Positions 19,892 to 30,785 of a DNA stretch of 64,000 bases are shown here, piece after piece (the first letter of the stretch is position 1; each line of letters starts with the position of its first letter). Source of the stretch: an uncultured Verrucomicrobiae bacterium (GTDB lineage: Bacteria; Verrucomicrobiota; Verrucomicrobiia; Chthoniobacterales; JAFAMB01); NCBI GenBank assembly GCA_963782115.1, contig CAWAIK010000002.1:1-64000 (forward strand), read 5' to 3'. The translations under genes and the position numbers were made by a program. The notes beneath the pieces are model-generated. The model was not told where the DNA came from. It worked only from the letters and a program-made list of their open reading frames with translations, and made no database searches.

Positions 19892-21827
19892 CAGGGCCAA
19901 TGCCTGGCGGTGGGTATGTCGTTTAGTGAGAGGAAGAAGAATCTTTTTGCGGGACATTTGTTTAGCAATTTTTTATCCTCGCGGGCGTGAGTAAAACTCT
20001 GCGACTGCCTAACTGCGACCAACAAGCCTTATTAGACCAAGTCCAAGTGCGGCTTGTGGAGCGCGCCGAACTGGAGCGTTTCAAACAATTGCTCGATGAG
20101 CATCACTATCTGGGAAGCCTCAAAGCGGTGGGCGAACGCCTCCACTACGTGGCCACCGATGCCCAAGGTCAATGGCTGGCCTTGCTGGTCTTCAGCGCTC
20201 CAGCCAAGCACCTCAAGCATCGCGACCAATGGATCGGATGGAGCGCTGCTCAACGCCACCGTCGCCTGAGCCTGGTGACTAACAACAGCCGCTTCCTTAT
20301 CCTGCCCGAGCGCTCCGTGCCCAACCTGGCGAGCAAGGTGCTGCGCCTGACCCTGGATCGCCTTCCCACCGATTGGCAGAGCTCTTACGGCCATCCGGTG
20401 TTGGTGGTCGAAACCTTCGTCGATGTTGCCCAGTTTTGCGGTACAGTTTATTCGGCCAGCGGCTGGAGCGAACTGGGCCAGACCGACGGCTGGGGCCGTC
20501 ATCGGCGCGATTACTACGTTAAACACGACCAGCCCAAACGCCTCTTCTGCCGCCAACTGTTCAAAAACGCCCGCCGCAGTCTTCAGGCCGAACATCTCAA
20601 GCCAGCGTTGGCGGTGGTCGAACAAAAGGTGTCGTCACCCTGCACGCGTACGGTGAAGGAAATCCGCTCGATGGTCGAACACTTCAAGGCCGTGCCAGAC
20701 TTTCGCGGGCGCTTCGAGTCCTATCCGCTGTGGTCGATGTTAACGATCCTTCTTTTAGCCACTCTCTGCGGTGCTCCGCGCGGGCAAAAGGATATCGCCA
20801 AGTTTGCGCGGGGCTTGAGCCAAGCGCAACGCCGGGCTCTTGGCATCCGGCGTAACCCAAAAGGCAAGTATCCTGCTCCGACACAGCCGACCTTTTGCCG
20901 TCTGCTCCAGCGGGTCGATGCCCGTAGGGTGGAGGAAGTCATTTTAGCCATCCAGGAGCAAATGCGCGGCTCGGCGCCCAAAGATCAATTGATCGTACTG
21001 GATGGCAAGGAACCCAGGCACGGCAGCGGCGCCTCGATTTTGAGCGCGGTCACCGTACCGAGCCAGCATTACTTGGGCAGTGCACTGGTCGACCAAAAGA
21101 CCAACGAGATTCCCGTGGCGCGAGAGTTATTTAATCGCCTGGAGCTCGAAGGCCGGTTGGTCTCGTTGGACGCCTTACACACCCAGGACGAAACCGCGCG
21201 CGCGCTGGTCTTGGAACACGGGGCCGATTATCTGCTAACAGTCAAAGGGAATCAACCCACCGTGCGCGAACAGATCGAAACCCTCGTTGCCGCCCCTCAG
21301 GGCGATTTTCCCCCCTCATGAGCCGACGCCCACCAAGGCTCGCGTGCAGGAAATCAACAAAAGCCGCAAAGAAAGCCGCAGTATTGTCACCGCGCCAGTC
21401 ACCGGTGAACAGGTCTGCTTCCCATTGGCCGAGCAGGCTGCTCTGCTGTTGCGCCAGACCGAAGGACGCAAAGACGAACTGGTGGCGCTGATCACCAGTG
21501 TCGAGGCCTCACGACTCCATGCGACAAACTGGATGCGTCTGAACCGGGATGCCTGGGGCATCGAGAGCGGTTTGCATCAGCGCTTGGATATCTCCCACAA
21601 CGACGACCGCTGCCGGGTGCGCAACGACAACGCTATGTTGGTTCTCGGAATGATCCTGCGCTTGAGCAATAGCCTCTTCATGCAATGGAGTGGGTACAAG
21701 CGACGCCCAGACCATGTCACCACCACCGATTTCCAATCCGCCTTGTCCGAAGACCACCACCGTCCGGCACTCTGCCTAGCCTTGAGCAAATATCCCAACC
21801 TCAAACGACTCTCATGAATTGGCGCTG
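19892..21827 (+). mobile_element. complete ISAs1-family insertion sequence
   Basis: Terminal IRs CAGGGCCAATGC / CAGCGCCAATTC (10/12); 9-bp direct repeat GGAGAGCTG at 19883-19891 and 21828-21836. Confidence 0.85.
19987..21817 (+). CDS. DUF4338 (DruA-like)-ISAs1 DDE transposase fusion, split at a T4C6 tract
   Basis: N-term HHYLG..RDQWIGWS..NNSRFLILP..PNLAS..ETFVD; C-term LDGK, KTNEIP, DALHTQ, VKGNQPT, then WGIESGLH..LD....DDRCR in the +1 frame after 21310. Confidence 0.85.
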
Positions 21828-21963
21828 GGAGAGCTGGCGGTAGCCGATTAAGAAATTGACAATGAGTCGGAAGAAGGTGCAACCTGCAACAGACGTTTGG
21901 TGCAAGCGCCTTGCTTTGGTGTCAAGAGCAGACCTTTCCCCCTAGAATTACCTGTATCTGTTT

Positions 21964-22920
21964 ATGAACTCCTCCATCCTCCGAGCCCTCAAAGCGGCTA
22001 CGCTAGTGACCGCCGCGGTTGCAGCTCTCTCCTCCTTCGGTTACGCCCAGGCTGCCAAGAAACCGAAGGTAGCCCTCGTGATGAAGTCGCTCGCCAACGA
22101 GTTTTTCCAGACCATGGAAAAAGGTGCGCGCGACTATCAAGCGCAACATTCCAGTGATTTCGATCTCATTTCGAACGGTATCAAAAACGAGACGGATGTC
22201 AGCGCCCAGATCAACCTCGTTGAACAGATGATTGCGGAACGTGTCGATGCGATCGTAATTGCGCCGGCTGACTCCAAAGCACTCATTCCAGTCTGCAAAA
22301 AAGCCCAGGAAGCTGGCATCGTGGTGGTGAACATCGACAACAAATTCGATACGAAGACTCTCGAGCAGGAAAAAGTGCAATTTCCGTTTGTTGGCCCGAA
22401 CAACCGCACCGGCGCAGAAAAGGTTGGAGATTACCTCGGAAAAGAGCTGAAAGCAGGTGACAAGGTCGCCATCATCGAAGGCATCCCGGGAGCCTTCAAC
22501 GCTATTCAACGAAAGGCAGGCTTCGAGGATGCGGCGAAACAGTACAAATTGGATGTTGCTACATCACAATCGGGTCAATGGGAGACTGGCACGGCCAATA
22601 AGGTTTCTGCGGGCATCATAACTCAGTATCCTGATCTTGCGGCTTTTATGTGTGCGAACGACAATATGGCGCTTGGCGTCGTAGCCGCTTTACGAGCCGC
22701 CAACAAAGAAGGCAAGATCAAGGTCGTTGGTTTCGATAACATTTCAGCGGTTCAACAACTCGTTAAGCAGGGCGCGGTCCTTGCTACCGCGGATCAACAT
22801 GCTGACGAACTCGCCGTATACGGAATCCAGTATGCGCTTGAAGCATTGAAGACCCATAAGATGTCGACAGAGGATAAGGAAACTCCAGTGGACCTTATTA
22901 CGGCCTCAACTCTTAAGTGA
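21964..22920 (+). CDS. rbsB: sugar (ribose-type) ABC transporter substrate-binding protein
   Basis: Signal peptide; KSLANEFF, DAIVIAPADS, CANDNMALG, VGFDN. Confidence 0.85.
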   Translation: MNSSILRALKAATLVTAAVAALSSFGYAQAAKKPKVALVMKSLANEFFQTMEKGARDYQAQHSSDFDLISNGIKNETDVSAQINLVEQMIAERVDAIVIAPADSKALIPVCKKAQEAGIVVVNIDNKFDTKTLEQEKVQFPFVGPNNRTGAEKVGDYLGKELKAGDKVAIIEGIPGAFNAIQRKAGFEDAAKQYKLDVATSQSGQWETGTANKVSAGIITQYPDLAAFMCANDNMALGVVAALRAANKEGKIKVVGFDNISAVQQLVKQGAVLATADQHADELAVYGIQYALEALKTHKMSTEDKETPVDLITASTLK

Positions 22921-22992
22921 CAACGCTCAGGTGAGGAAGGACGGTTTGCCGTTCTCTTTCCTTTGACTGGCAGCAATTCATTCTCACCGGGT

Positions 22993-24498
22993 ATGGCTCC
23001 GCTCCTGGCGACAAGGGGCCTCGCCAAATCGTACGCTGGTCCTGTGTTGGTCGATGTGAACTTCGATCTCCATGCGGGTGAAATCCATGCCCTTGTGGGA
23101 GAAAATGGCGCCGGCAAGAGCACGCTCTGCAATATCGTCGCAGGACTGCGAAGTCCGGACCAAGGGCAGATGTGGTTGGATGGGGTTCCATACGTTCCAA
23201 TCAACAAGCGAGCTGCAGAGGCTGTCGGGATCCGAATCGTCCTTCAAGAACTCAGCCTCATCAACAATCTTACGATCGCTGAGAACCTTTTCTTGGATCA
23301 CCTTCCGCATCGCGGCGGCTGGATCCGTCGCGCAGGTCTAGCAGAAGCGGCGCATGAGGCGCTCGCCCGGGTCGGCCTCACCGAATTGAATCCCTTTTTG
23401 CTGGTAAATCTTCTTGGCGTCGGCCAAAAACAGCTGATTGAGATCGCAGCCGGGCTCTCCCGGACATGCAAGGTATTGATTCTTGATGAACCCACAGCTG
23501 CTCTGACCATCGCCGACGCGGAGAGATTGTTTTCGCAAATCCGAAAGCTCAAGGGAAGCGGGGTCGGGATAATTTACATCTCTCATCATCTTGAGGAGGT
23601 CCTCGAATTGGCAGACCGCATTTCCGTTCTTCGAGATGGTCAAATGGTCGTCACGCGGAACCGTGGCGAAATCTCGATTGATGAGATGATTCGATTCATG
23701 GTGGGGCGAACTCTCGGCGAACGAACTGCCCTCGCTAAGCGACGCTTATCGGGCCCTGTCCTGCTCGAAGTTCGGAACCTCTCCGCGCCGCCGCGGATTA
23801 AAGAAGTGACCTTCGACCTTCATCGTGGCGAGATTTTAGGCTTTGCGGGATTAATGGGTGCCGGTCGCACAGAAACGATGCGCGCGATTTTCGGCGCAGA
23901 TCCTAGGACTAGCGGAACGATACTGCTCGAGGGAAAAGACATTTCTTCGCGCCTGCGATCTCCAAAGGCTGCGGTGCGCCTCGGATTGGGGTTTTTGACG
24001 GAGGATCGCAAATCCCAGGGACTTCTTCTTCCCAAGGCACTCCGAATCAATGTTACATTAGCGCGGTTGAGAGATGAATTACGAGGAGCAGGCGGTTGGC
24101 TCCGTCGAGACAAAGAGAATGTGGTGGCCGAGACTTGGGTGAGCCGGCTCGGCATCCGTTGCTCGTCCATCGAGCAGACCGCAGGAAACCTCAGCGGTGG
24201 CAATCAACAGAAAGTGGTTCTCGCTCGCTGGCTTTACCGCGATTGCAGCGTCCTAATCTGCGACGAACCGACGCGCGGTATTGATGTTGGGTCAAAATTC
24301 GAGATTTATCGTTTACTCGACCGACTCGCTGATGAAGGTAGAGGCATTATTGTCGTCTCGTCGGATTTGAAGGAGCTACTAGGTCTTTGTGACCGGATTG
24401 CGGTACTGTCGGCGGGTCGATTGGTAAAGACTTTTAATCGGGGCGAATGGACCGAGGACCTCATTATGGCAGCAGCTTTCAGTGAGTTAAAGGTGTGA
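22993..24498 (+). CDS. rbsA: sugar ABC transporter ATP-binding protein (two NBDs)
   Basis: GENGAGKST, LILDEPT, LSGGNQQKV, DEPTRGIDVG. Confidence 0.9.
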   Translation: MAPLLATRGLAKSYAGPVLVDVNFDLHAGEIHALVGENGAGKSTLCNIVAGLRSPDQGQMWLDGVPYVPINKRAAEAVGIRIVLQELSLINNLTIAENLFLDHLPHRGGWIRRAGLAEAAHEALARVGLTELNPFLLVNLLGVGQKQLIEIAAGLSRTCKVLILDEPTAALTIADAERLFSQIRKLKGSGVGIIYISHHLEEVLELADRISVLRDGQMVVTRNRGEISIDEMIRFMVGRTLGERTALAKRRLSGPVLLEVRNLSAPPRIKEVTFDLHRGEILGFAGLMGAGRTETMRAIFGADPRTSGTILLEGKDISSRLRSPKAAVRLGLGFLTEDRKSQGLLLPKALRINVTLARLRDELRGAGGWLRRDKENVVAETWVSRLGIRCSSIEQTAGNLSGGNQQKVVLARWLYRDCSVLICDEPTRGIDVGSKFEIYRLLDRLADEGRGIIVVSSDLKELLGLCDRIAVLSAGRLVKTFNRGEWTEDLIMAAAFSELKV

Positions 24499-24616
24499 GG
24501 CAATGGCGTAACCAAAAGTGAAATTACGCTTTCCAGGTCAGGATCTCGAGTCATGACGTCTGTCTTGGCAGGCTCCTCGTTCAAGTTGACAGGCGCCCCA
24601 CCCGAAAACGCCATCT

Positions 24617-25639
24617 ATGGAAAACAATCTGACTAATTCGGCCCCGTCGGTCGCGGCGACGACGCGAAAACTTGTCCGAAGAAAAAGCCAAACGCGGGAA
24701 ATCCTGGAGAATTGTCTTGGCCTGGTCGCTGTTCTGATCCTTTTGACCGCCGTCTTTGGTTTTTCTACCGCACACTTTTTTTCGGTCACAACCTTCACAT
24801 CCATCGCGAACGAAATCCCCGCGTCAGTCTTGATCGCGGTTGGCATGACTTTCGTGCTGATTATCGCGGGCATCGACCTCTCCGTCGGATCGGTTCTGGC
24901 GTTTAGTGGCGGTGTCCTAGGGGTAGCTATGGTGCAGTGGCATTGGCCGGTGTGGTTCGCGATGATTGCCTGCATCCTCGTTGGCGCATTCTGTGGTTTT
25001 ATCAACGGATCTCTCACCGTACGTTTTCAATTGCCGTCTTTTATCGTCACGCTTGGGCTATTGGAGGCGGCGCGAGGCGCAGCGTATCTGGTTACTAATT
25101 CTCAGACCCAATACATCGGGGCGGACATTGAACAGATAAACAATTTTACGATCCTGGGTCTATCTCTCCCATTCTTCGTCGCACTAATCGTTGTCGTTGT
25201 CGGTCAACTCGTTCTCACCGGTACAGTCTTTGGCCGCTTTCTGATCGCCCTCGGCACCAATGAGGAGGCCACTCGCCTTTCCGGCATCGATCCACGCCCA
25301 ATTAAGATTGTCGTCTTTATGATCTGCGGGGCTCTCTCCGGTCTGGCTGCCATTGCTTATTGCGCACGCTTAGCGTCGGTTGACCCGAATGCGGGCAGCG
25401 GATTTGAACTTGAAGCGATTGCCGCGGTTGTGATCGGCGGAACCAGTCTTATGGGCGGCCGCGGCTCGGTGATTAATTCACTTTTCGGCGTGCTCGTAAT
25501 CTCAGTCTTGGAAACTGGATTGGCACAACTCGGCGCACAAGAACCGGTTAAGCGACTGGTCACCGGCGGCGTCATCGTCGCCGCGGTAATCGTGGATTAT
25601 TATCGGACCCGGCGAGCAGCGCGGCGTGCAATGGAGTAG
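24617..25639 (+). CDS. rbsC: sugar ABC transporter permease
   Basis: GIDLSVGS, G.NEEATRLSGI, ELEAIAAVVIGGTSLMGG. Confidence 0.9.
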   Translation: MENNLTNSAPSVAATTRKLVRRKSQTREILENCLGLVAVLILLTAVFGFSTAHFFSVTTFTSIANEIPASVLIAVGMTFVLIIAGIDLSVGSVLAFSGGVLGVAMVQWHWPVWFAMIACILVGAFCGFINGSLTVRFQLPSFIVTLGLLEAARGAAYLVTNSQTQYIGADIEQINNFTILGLSLPFFVALIVVVVGQLVLTGTVFGRFLIALGTNEEATRLSGIDPRPIKIVVFMICGALSGLAAIAYCARLASVDPNAGSGFELEAIAAVVIGGTSLMGGRGSVINSLFGVLVISVLETGLAQLGAQEPVKRLVTGGVIVAAVIVDYYRTRRAARRAME

Positions 25640-25775
25640 TTTTTCGTTTTGGCTCTTGGGTTGACTTGCACGCGGACCTCCAAAAACATTTTTTTGCTTT
25701 TGAGGATTCGAAGTTGTAAGATCTTTAGCAGGTCTTCGCTATTCTTCCATCCCCAGGCCTCAAGGAGAGTAATCG

Positions 25776-26904
25776 ATGAAGCATCCCCCGATTCTCCGTA
25801 GTATTCTGTTTTGCTTATCTTTCGGCGTTTTGTCGTGTTTCGCGGATCCGCCTAAGGTAATCATCGACACCGATTTCAATACGATAGGTGATGACGGTCA
25901 GGTCGCGGTCATGGCGGCCCAGCTCTACGCTCAAGGCACTATCGACCTGCTTGGGTTTACCATTCCCTCGGGAAACCAGTGGCGAGATCAAGAGGTCTCT
26001 GATTGTCTCAAGGCGGTAGAACGTCTGGGAATTGAAAATACGGTGAGGGTCTATGTTGGTGCGCAGTATCCGCTCCTCCACGATTATAAGTCGTACCTTT
26101 ACGAAGAACAGTTGTTTGGGAAGCCGATTGATTATGTGGGTGCTTACGCGAGGCCCCAGCCGAGTCCCAATCAATTGGTTCCACCGCCCGATGGGTTTGC
26201 CACCCACACCAAGCCTGCAAAGCAAGATGCTGTCGACTTCATTATTGAAACAGTCCATCGCCATCCCCACGAAGTTACCATTCTAGAGATCGCGCCGCCG
26301 ACCAACATGGCGCTCGCGATTCGAAAGGATCCGACCATTGTTCCGCTGATTAAGCAGATCGTAACGATGGCAGGACAGATATTTGTGCCGGGTAACGCGT
26401 ATCTTAACAATGCGGAATTTAACTAGTGGTTTGATCCTGACGCCACTCAGATCGTGCTGCCGCGCGGCAGTCCCGCATTTTATAATTCCGCTGGATTGCA
26501 CTAATAACGTCCCCTTAACCCAAGCCGTGTTTAATCAGATTGCCACTCACCAACCGCGAACGATTATTACCAAGCTATTTACGCACGCATTTGGGCCTTT
26601 TGTCGGTCCCGGGACGTTTATCTACGATACTAACGCTTTGGGGTTTTTTGTTCATCCGGAGTTTGCCACGATTAAACAAGGAATATGGGTCGACATTCAC
26701 AACACTTTCGATGCGAATTACGGAAAGTCCATCCCGTACACATCTGATCCTTTTCCTGCTATCGGTCTGCTGCAGGAATCAACGGTGATTTTTGCCATCA
26801 ATACTGCCGCTTTCTATGCGTTTTATGTCGACTTGTTAACTCGGCCCGTACCCGGGAAATTCGTGCATCCTCCTCCTCCTCCTCACGACTTTGACGACGA
26901 TTAA
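25776..26904 (+). pseudogene. secreted nucleoside hydrolase (IunH family) with internal stop and frameshift
   Basis: VIIDTD....DD, AVDFII, PTNMALA, AEFN*WFDP (TAG at 26424), PLDCT; frameshift near 26460. Confidence 0.8.
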
Positions 26905-26998
26905 GAATTAGCCATCCCTCCACCGTCCACGGGAAACGTTACGCCGTTGATCAGCTTCGATGCCGGAGGCAAGGAAAATTGCGACTCCATGAAAGCGC

Positions 26999-27160
26999 GC
27001 TATTTCCGTAACACGCTCGCGCTAAAGAGTGCTACGACACCTTGCTGTCTCACTCGGACGTTCTGGAATTGTCGAGTCAAGATCGTCTTCAGGTCCTCGA
27101 ACCTATCGTCTTCGTTGCCAAAAATGCCCTTACTGTTATAGATCCGCATTAGCAGGCAGT
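26999..27160 (-). pseudogene. SAM-dependent methyltransferase C-terminal remnant
   Basis: Manual translation LMRIYNSKGIFGNEDDRFEDLKTILTRQFQNVRVRQQGVVALFSA. Confidence 0.4.
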
Positions 27161-27349
27161 CCCGAAGGTTCGCCGATTCCGATCACCGCCGCTATACTTC
27201 TTTGCTGTCTTTCATGAAAGCAAATCAAATCGGGGAGCCATAGATTCCGGCAATCAAACAGCGGCACTGGTCACAAAATCCGTCGAGCTAGCCCGGGCAC
27301 TTATGTGAATTCAACTTTGAAAACGCTGTTCCCTTATGGAACAAAGGAA

Positions 27350-27540
27350 ACGACAATCAACTTGTTTGAAATCTGTCGGCGTCTTAAAATCACTGTCCGC
27401 GACTATCTCAGTTCGGTACTGCCGGGTTTGTTGATTTTCCAATCAGTCGAATCGTCGAACTTACGCCCGCCGCCTGGGCGACCCGCAAACCGCCGAAGTC
27501 CGGCGACGTGGTCAGCCGTGCGGTTGGTAAGACGGATACG
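27350..27540 (+). mobile_element. IS66-family right-end remnant
   Basis: LFEICRRLKITVRDYLSSVLPGL / RIVELTPAAW (TnpC C-terminus) and terminus ...GACGGATAC. Confidence 0.7.
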
Positions 27541-27784
27541 GTCCAGAAACAGTTTTGACAAAGACAATGTATTTGCCGTCTGGTGAGACAACGGATTCGG
27601 CGAGGCTCCGCAAAGGCCCATCGCAAGTGCGAGGATTAGTTGTACCGCGAGTTTATTTATTGAATGAATGTATTTACCCCAATGGTCGTGCGTGTAGGAG
27701 CCGGAGTCATTAACTCGTTGTGCTTAGTGGCTAAAGCTATCCTGGTGCGACCCCGATCAGCGATTAGAGGAGATCGCGGTCATC

Positions 27785-28057
27785 TTACAGACCTTCAGTG
27801 CTATTATTGACACCATTGCCGCTAAGGGTGATCTCGAAGGTCCAATCACCCTGACGATGCTGGCCGAGCACACTATGGAGTAACTGGCCGTTCGGCGTTT
27901 CAATGCTGTAAGAGTGCTCACCTTTAATGGTGACTTCGTGCACTTCGTCGTGACCGAAGTCGCCGCCGTTCTTGGCAAGTAGGTCTCTGATCTCGGCCAG
28001 CGTGAAGCGATCTTCAGTGGGCTTCTCATAGGTGATGTCAGTCACAATGTCAGTCAC
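27785..28057 (-). CDS. hypothetical protein, probably a fragment
   Basis: 90 aa ORF without recognised motif. Confidence 0.35.
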   Translation of the reverse strand: MTDIVTDITYEKPTEDRFTLAEIRDLLAKNGGDFGHDEVHEVTIKGEHSYSIETPNGQLLHSVLGQHRQGDWTFEITLSGNGVNNSTEGL

Positions 28058-28407
28058 CTTACCATTTTTGAAAGCAACGACGGTAATATCCCAACAGTGA
28101 ACGTTGAAGGTGTGCCAAGTAACAGCGTTGCCATCCTTATCAGCACCGTCTACCGGAGTATCGGGACCGTAGTGCTGAATGCACTCTTAGAGTCCAACCT
28201 ATGCGGGCTTGAGCGGAAACCGCGATGCTGAGCACAATCAACTCGGCGAAAGCAATAACCGCTGCGGTTTTGAGTCTCATCGTAGCGCTCCGCTTAGCTT
28301 AGCAGGTGCATTCTGCCCGTGGCGAGAGAAAAGCGCTACAGCGCCAAGCCAGATCGCTGTAGTCGGTCGATTAGCATCGATGGGTCTGGAGCGTGTAGGG
28401 GTCTCGC

Positions 28408-29270
28408 ATGGCTTGCCCGCGCAAGCTTGTGGTTCTCTTTTACAGTGACTCAAAGTGTAAACCTCAGACGACACTCGAACTCGGGTGGATCGCGCAACGG
28501 AACGTCAATTTCGCGCTTCGTGTTGCGGAAGGTCAGATCGATCGACTTCCCGGATTCGCCTCCGAAATGGTCAGTCTCAACGTTGACGTCATTGCTGTTA
28601 TTGGAGCGGTCACGGTCAGAGCCGTTCAGAAAGCAACCTCGACTATTCCAATCGTCTATTCAGTGGTGGTCGAGCCGGTCGGCGACGGGACTGGCCACGA
28701 ATTTGCAGCGCCCGGGTCGTAATCATACCGGAGTGACCACCTTCGACCCGCACCAAGCTGTGACGCAACTTGAGTTCCTCAAGATGGTAAGCCCAACACT
28801 TGCCCGCGTGGCCATTTTAAGCGATTCGGGCGTTTCCGAGTGTCTCTCGAACTAAAACCGGGAGGCGGTGCAAAAATTGGAGCTGCACCCGCAGATCATT
28901 CGGGTCAAAGGGTCCTCTCCAGACTATGAAGCCGTGTTCTCAGCTATGGATCATGAGTGCCCAGGCGTTGGTGGTATTGGAAGAGCCAATCAATGCGGCT
29001 TGCAGAAAGCAAATTGCCGAGCTGGCTTCCTTTCGCCGATCACCTACAGTCTTTGCGAAGAGCAGGTTGATGCAGGCGGCTTGATCGCCTACGGCACGAG
29101 CCTTCGCGAAGCTGCGAAACACATGGCAGTCTACACAGACAAGATCCTAAAAGGCGTCAGGCCCGGCGACTTACCAATCGAGGTCGCACTGCGACACGAG
29201 CTTGTTATTAACCTAAGGACCGCTCGCAGATTTGGTATTACTGTCCCGCTCGAGTCGTTGGTTCGATTGA
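28408..29270 (+). pseudogene. ABC_sub_bind-type substrate-binding protein, degraded
   Basis: LELGW..RNV, VDVIAV, KATSTIPIV, LQRPGRNHTG, GGLIAYG, DKILKGVRPGDLPIE..ELVINLRTA; multiple stops and frameshifts. Confidence 0.75.
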
Positions 29271-29765
29271 CTCCAACCGTGGGCAGAACCGGGCAGAACC
29301 TGGGCACCGGTGGGAAAGACTCCGATAGTTCGCGTTACTGGCAAGCGAGCCAGCGTACTAGTCATGAGCGCGCTGAGCCTGCAAGGTCGATTGTTTTTTA
29401 AGATTCCAGCGGAGAAAGTCAATGCCACAGTATTCATTGACTTCCTCAAAGAGTTGCTCGCTGAATATCCGAAACGAAAGATCTTTGTGATTGCCGATCA
29501 GGCAAGTCCACACATCGCCAAAAGTGTAAAGGCTTTCCTCGCCGGCCAGAAAAGGCTAGAGTTGTTTTACCTGCCAGCGTACTCGCCGGATTTCAATCCG
29601 GATGAGGAAGTTTGGAGTCATTTGAAATCGCAGGAATTGAAGGCGCACCAAGCAACTAACAAAGAAGAACTGATCAAAAAGACCCATGAGGCATTAAAGA
29701 GAATGGCGAAACGCCCGGCCCTGATTCGGTCCTTTTTTAAACGCTGTAACATCACCTAAATTATG
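29271..29765 (+). mobile_element. IS630-family transposase 3' half (DDE_3)
   Basis: RTWAPVGKTP, IADQASPH, LFYLPAYSPDFNPDEEVW..LK. Confidence 0.85.
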
Positions 29766-29988
29766 AAAAGACCAATATCATCGTTGCTACGGCTATCACC
29801 ACACATACTGGCAGTACCGCTATTGGCATCATGGCTACCGTTATGCTGGGTACTGGCATCCCGGTTACTGGTATTCTCGTCCAGTCACGGTGATTGTGGC
29901 CCGGTATTGATGTGGCACATGGCTGAAGCTTTTTGGTCCGCATAACCGTCTTCCCCCATCACCACGGGCAGTGAATTTTTGAGGCAGG

Positions 29989-30246
29989 TCAAAATATCTT
30001 TCCAATTCGCTGAGAGAGCCTTCGCCAGCCTGGCTTAAGTTCAGCGGTTCTTATGGCTTCACTTCGGTCTCGAAGAAACATCGTAGCGGCTTGAAAGCCT
30101 AAAGCTTTGGTTTCTCCCGGGTCACTATCAATGTCGCCGTACAATTTCTTTTCCACGTCTTCTTCGGCAGAAAAGTCTGATTGTTGTGAAGCCCATTTCC
30201 ATCTATCTTTCCAGCCTTGGGTGTAGGCTTTTAGGATTTTCGTCAT
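29989..30246 (-). CDS. hypothetical protein
   Basis: 85 aa ORF preceded by AAGGGG RBS-like sequence. Confidence 0.5.
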   Translation of the reverse strand: MTKILKAYTQGWKDRWKWASQQSDFSAEEDVEKKLYGDIDSDPGETKALGFQAATMFLRDRSEAIRTAELKPGWRRLSQRIGKIF

Positions 30247-30656
30247 AATCCCCTTTCATATCTGCTAGAGTCCGCAAATCGCGATTACTTGTCAGGCCGA
30301 AATAAATGTGGGAAGCCTGGTAAGGTCTCGCGACCTGCACCGGGTCGATTGGCCAGGAAGTATCAATGCGGAAACATTTGCGACCGGACGGGAGCGGTTA
30401 GATTCTCGTCGAGGCGCCCAAGAAAATTCGGACGTACATCGGGACGGGGGTTGATATGGTTTCCGGCGGACCTGCATGCGAAAAATGCCTGGAAGCGCCA
30501 AAAGAACGATGCCGATCCATATCAGAATATTAGCAATCTCGTTTAAATTATGAGCGTTCCATGCAACATTTTCGGCGTCCGGTTACTCCGGTTCCCCCAA
30601 CGCCCGTTTATCCAAGGTACACCCCAATCCTCCCATCGATGGCTGGCACCTTGAAC

Positions 30657-30680
30657 TTTGCTACGGTTTTTGCTACGGTC
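30657..30680. repeat. 12-bp tandem repeat beside the tRNA 3' end (integrase arm-site-like)
   Basis: TTTGCTACGGTT TTTGCTACGGTC. Confidence 0.6.
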
Positions 30681-30711
30681 TTCTGTAAGTGCTTTGTGAT
30701 AAGTAACTTAC

Positions 30712-30785
30712 TGCGTCCGGCGGGGCTCGAACCCACAACCTTCGACTCCGGAGGCCGACGCTCTATCCAGTTGAGCTACGGACGC
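30712..30785 (-). tRNA. tRNA-Arg(CCG)
   Basis: GCGTCCGTAGCTCAACTGGATAGAGCGTCGGCCT-CCG-GAGTCGAAGGTTGTGGGTTCGAGCCCCGCCGGACGCA; CCA not encoded. Confidence 0.95.

Noticed and set aside
19987..20580. Druantia defence system
   Set aside because: The DUF4338-like domain lies inside an IS bounded by IRs and a target duplication; no DruE helicase or other dru genes are nearby.
26424..26426. TAG read-through (pyrrolysine or recoding)
   Set aside because: Single TGG-to-TAG change with a frameshift close by; TAG serves as a normal stop elsewhere and no pyl genes are seen.
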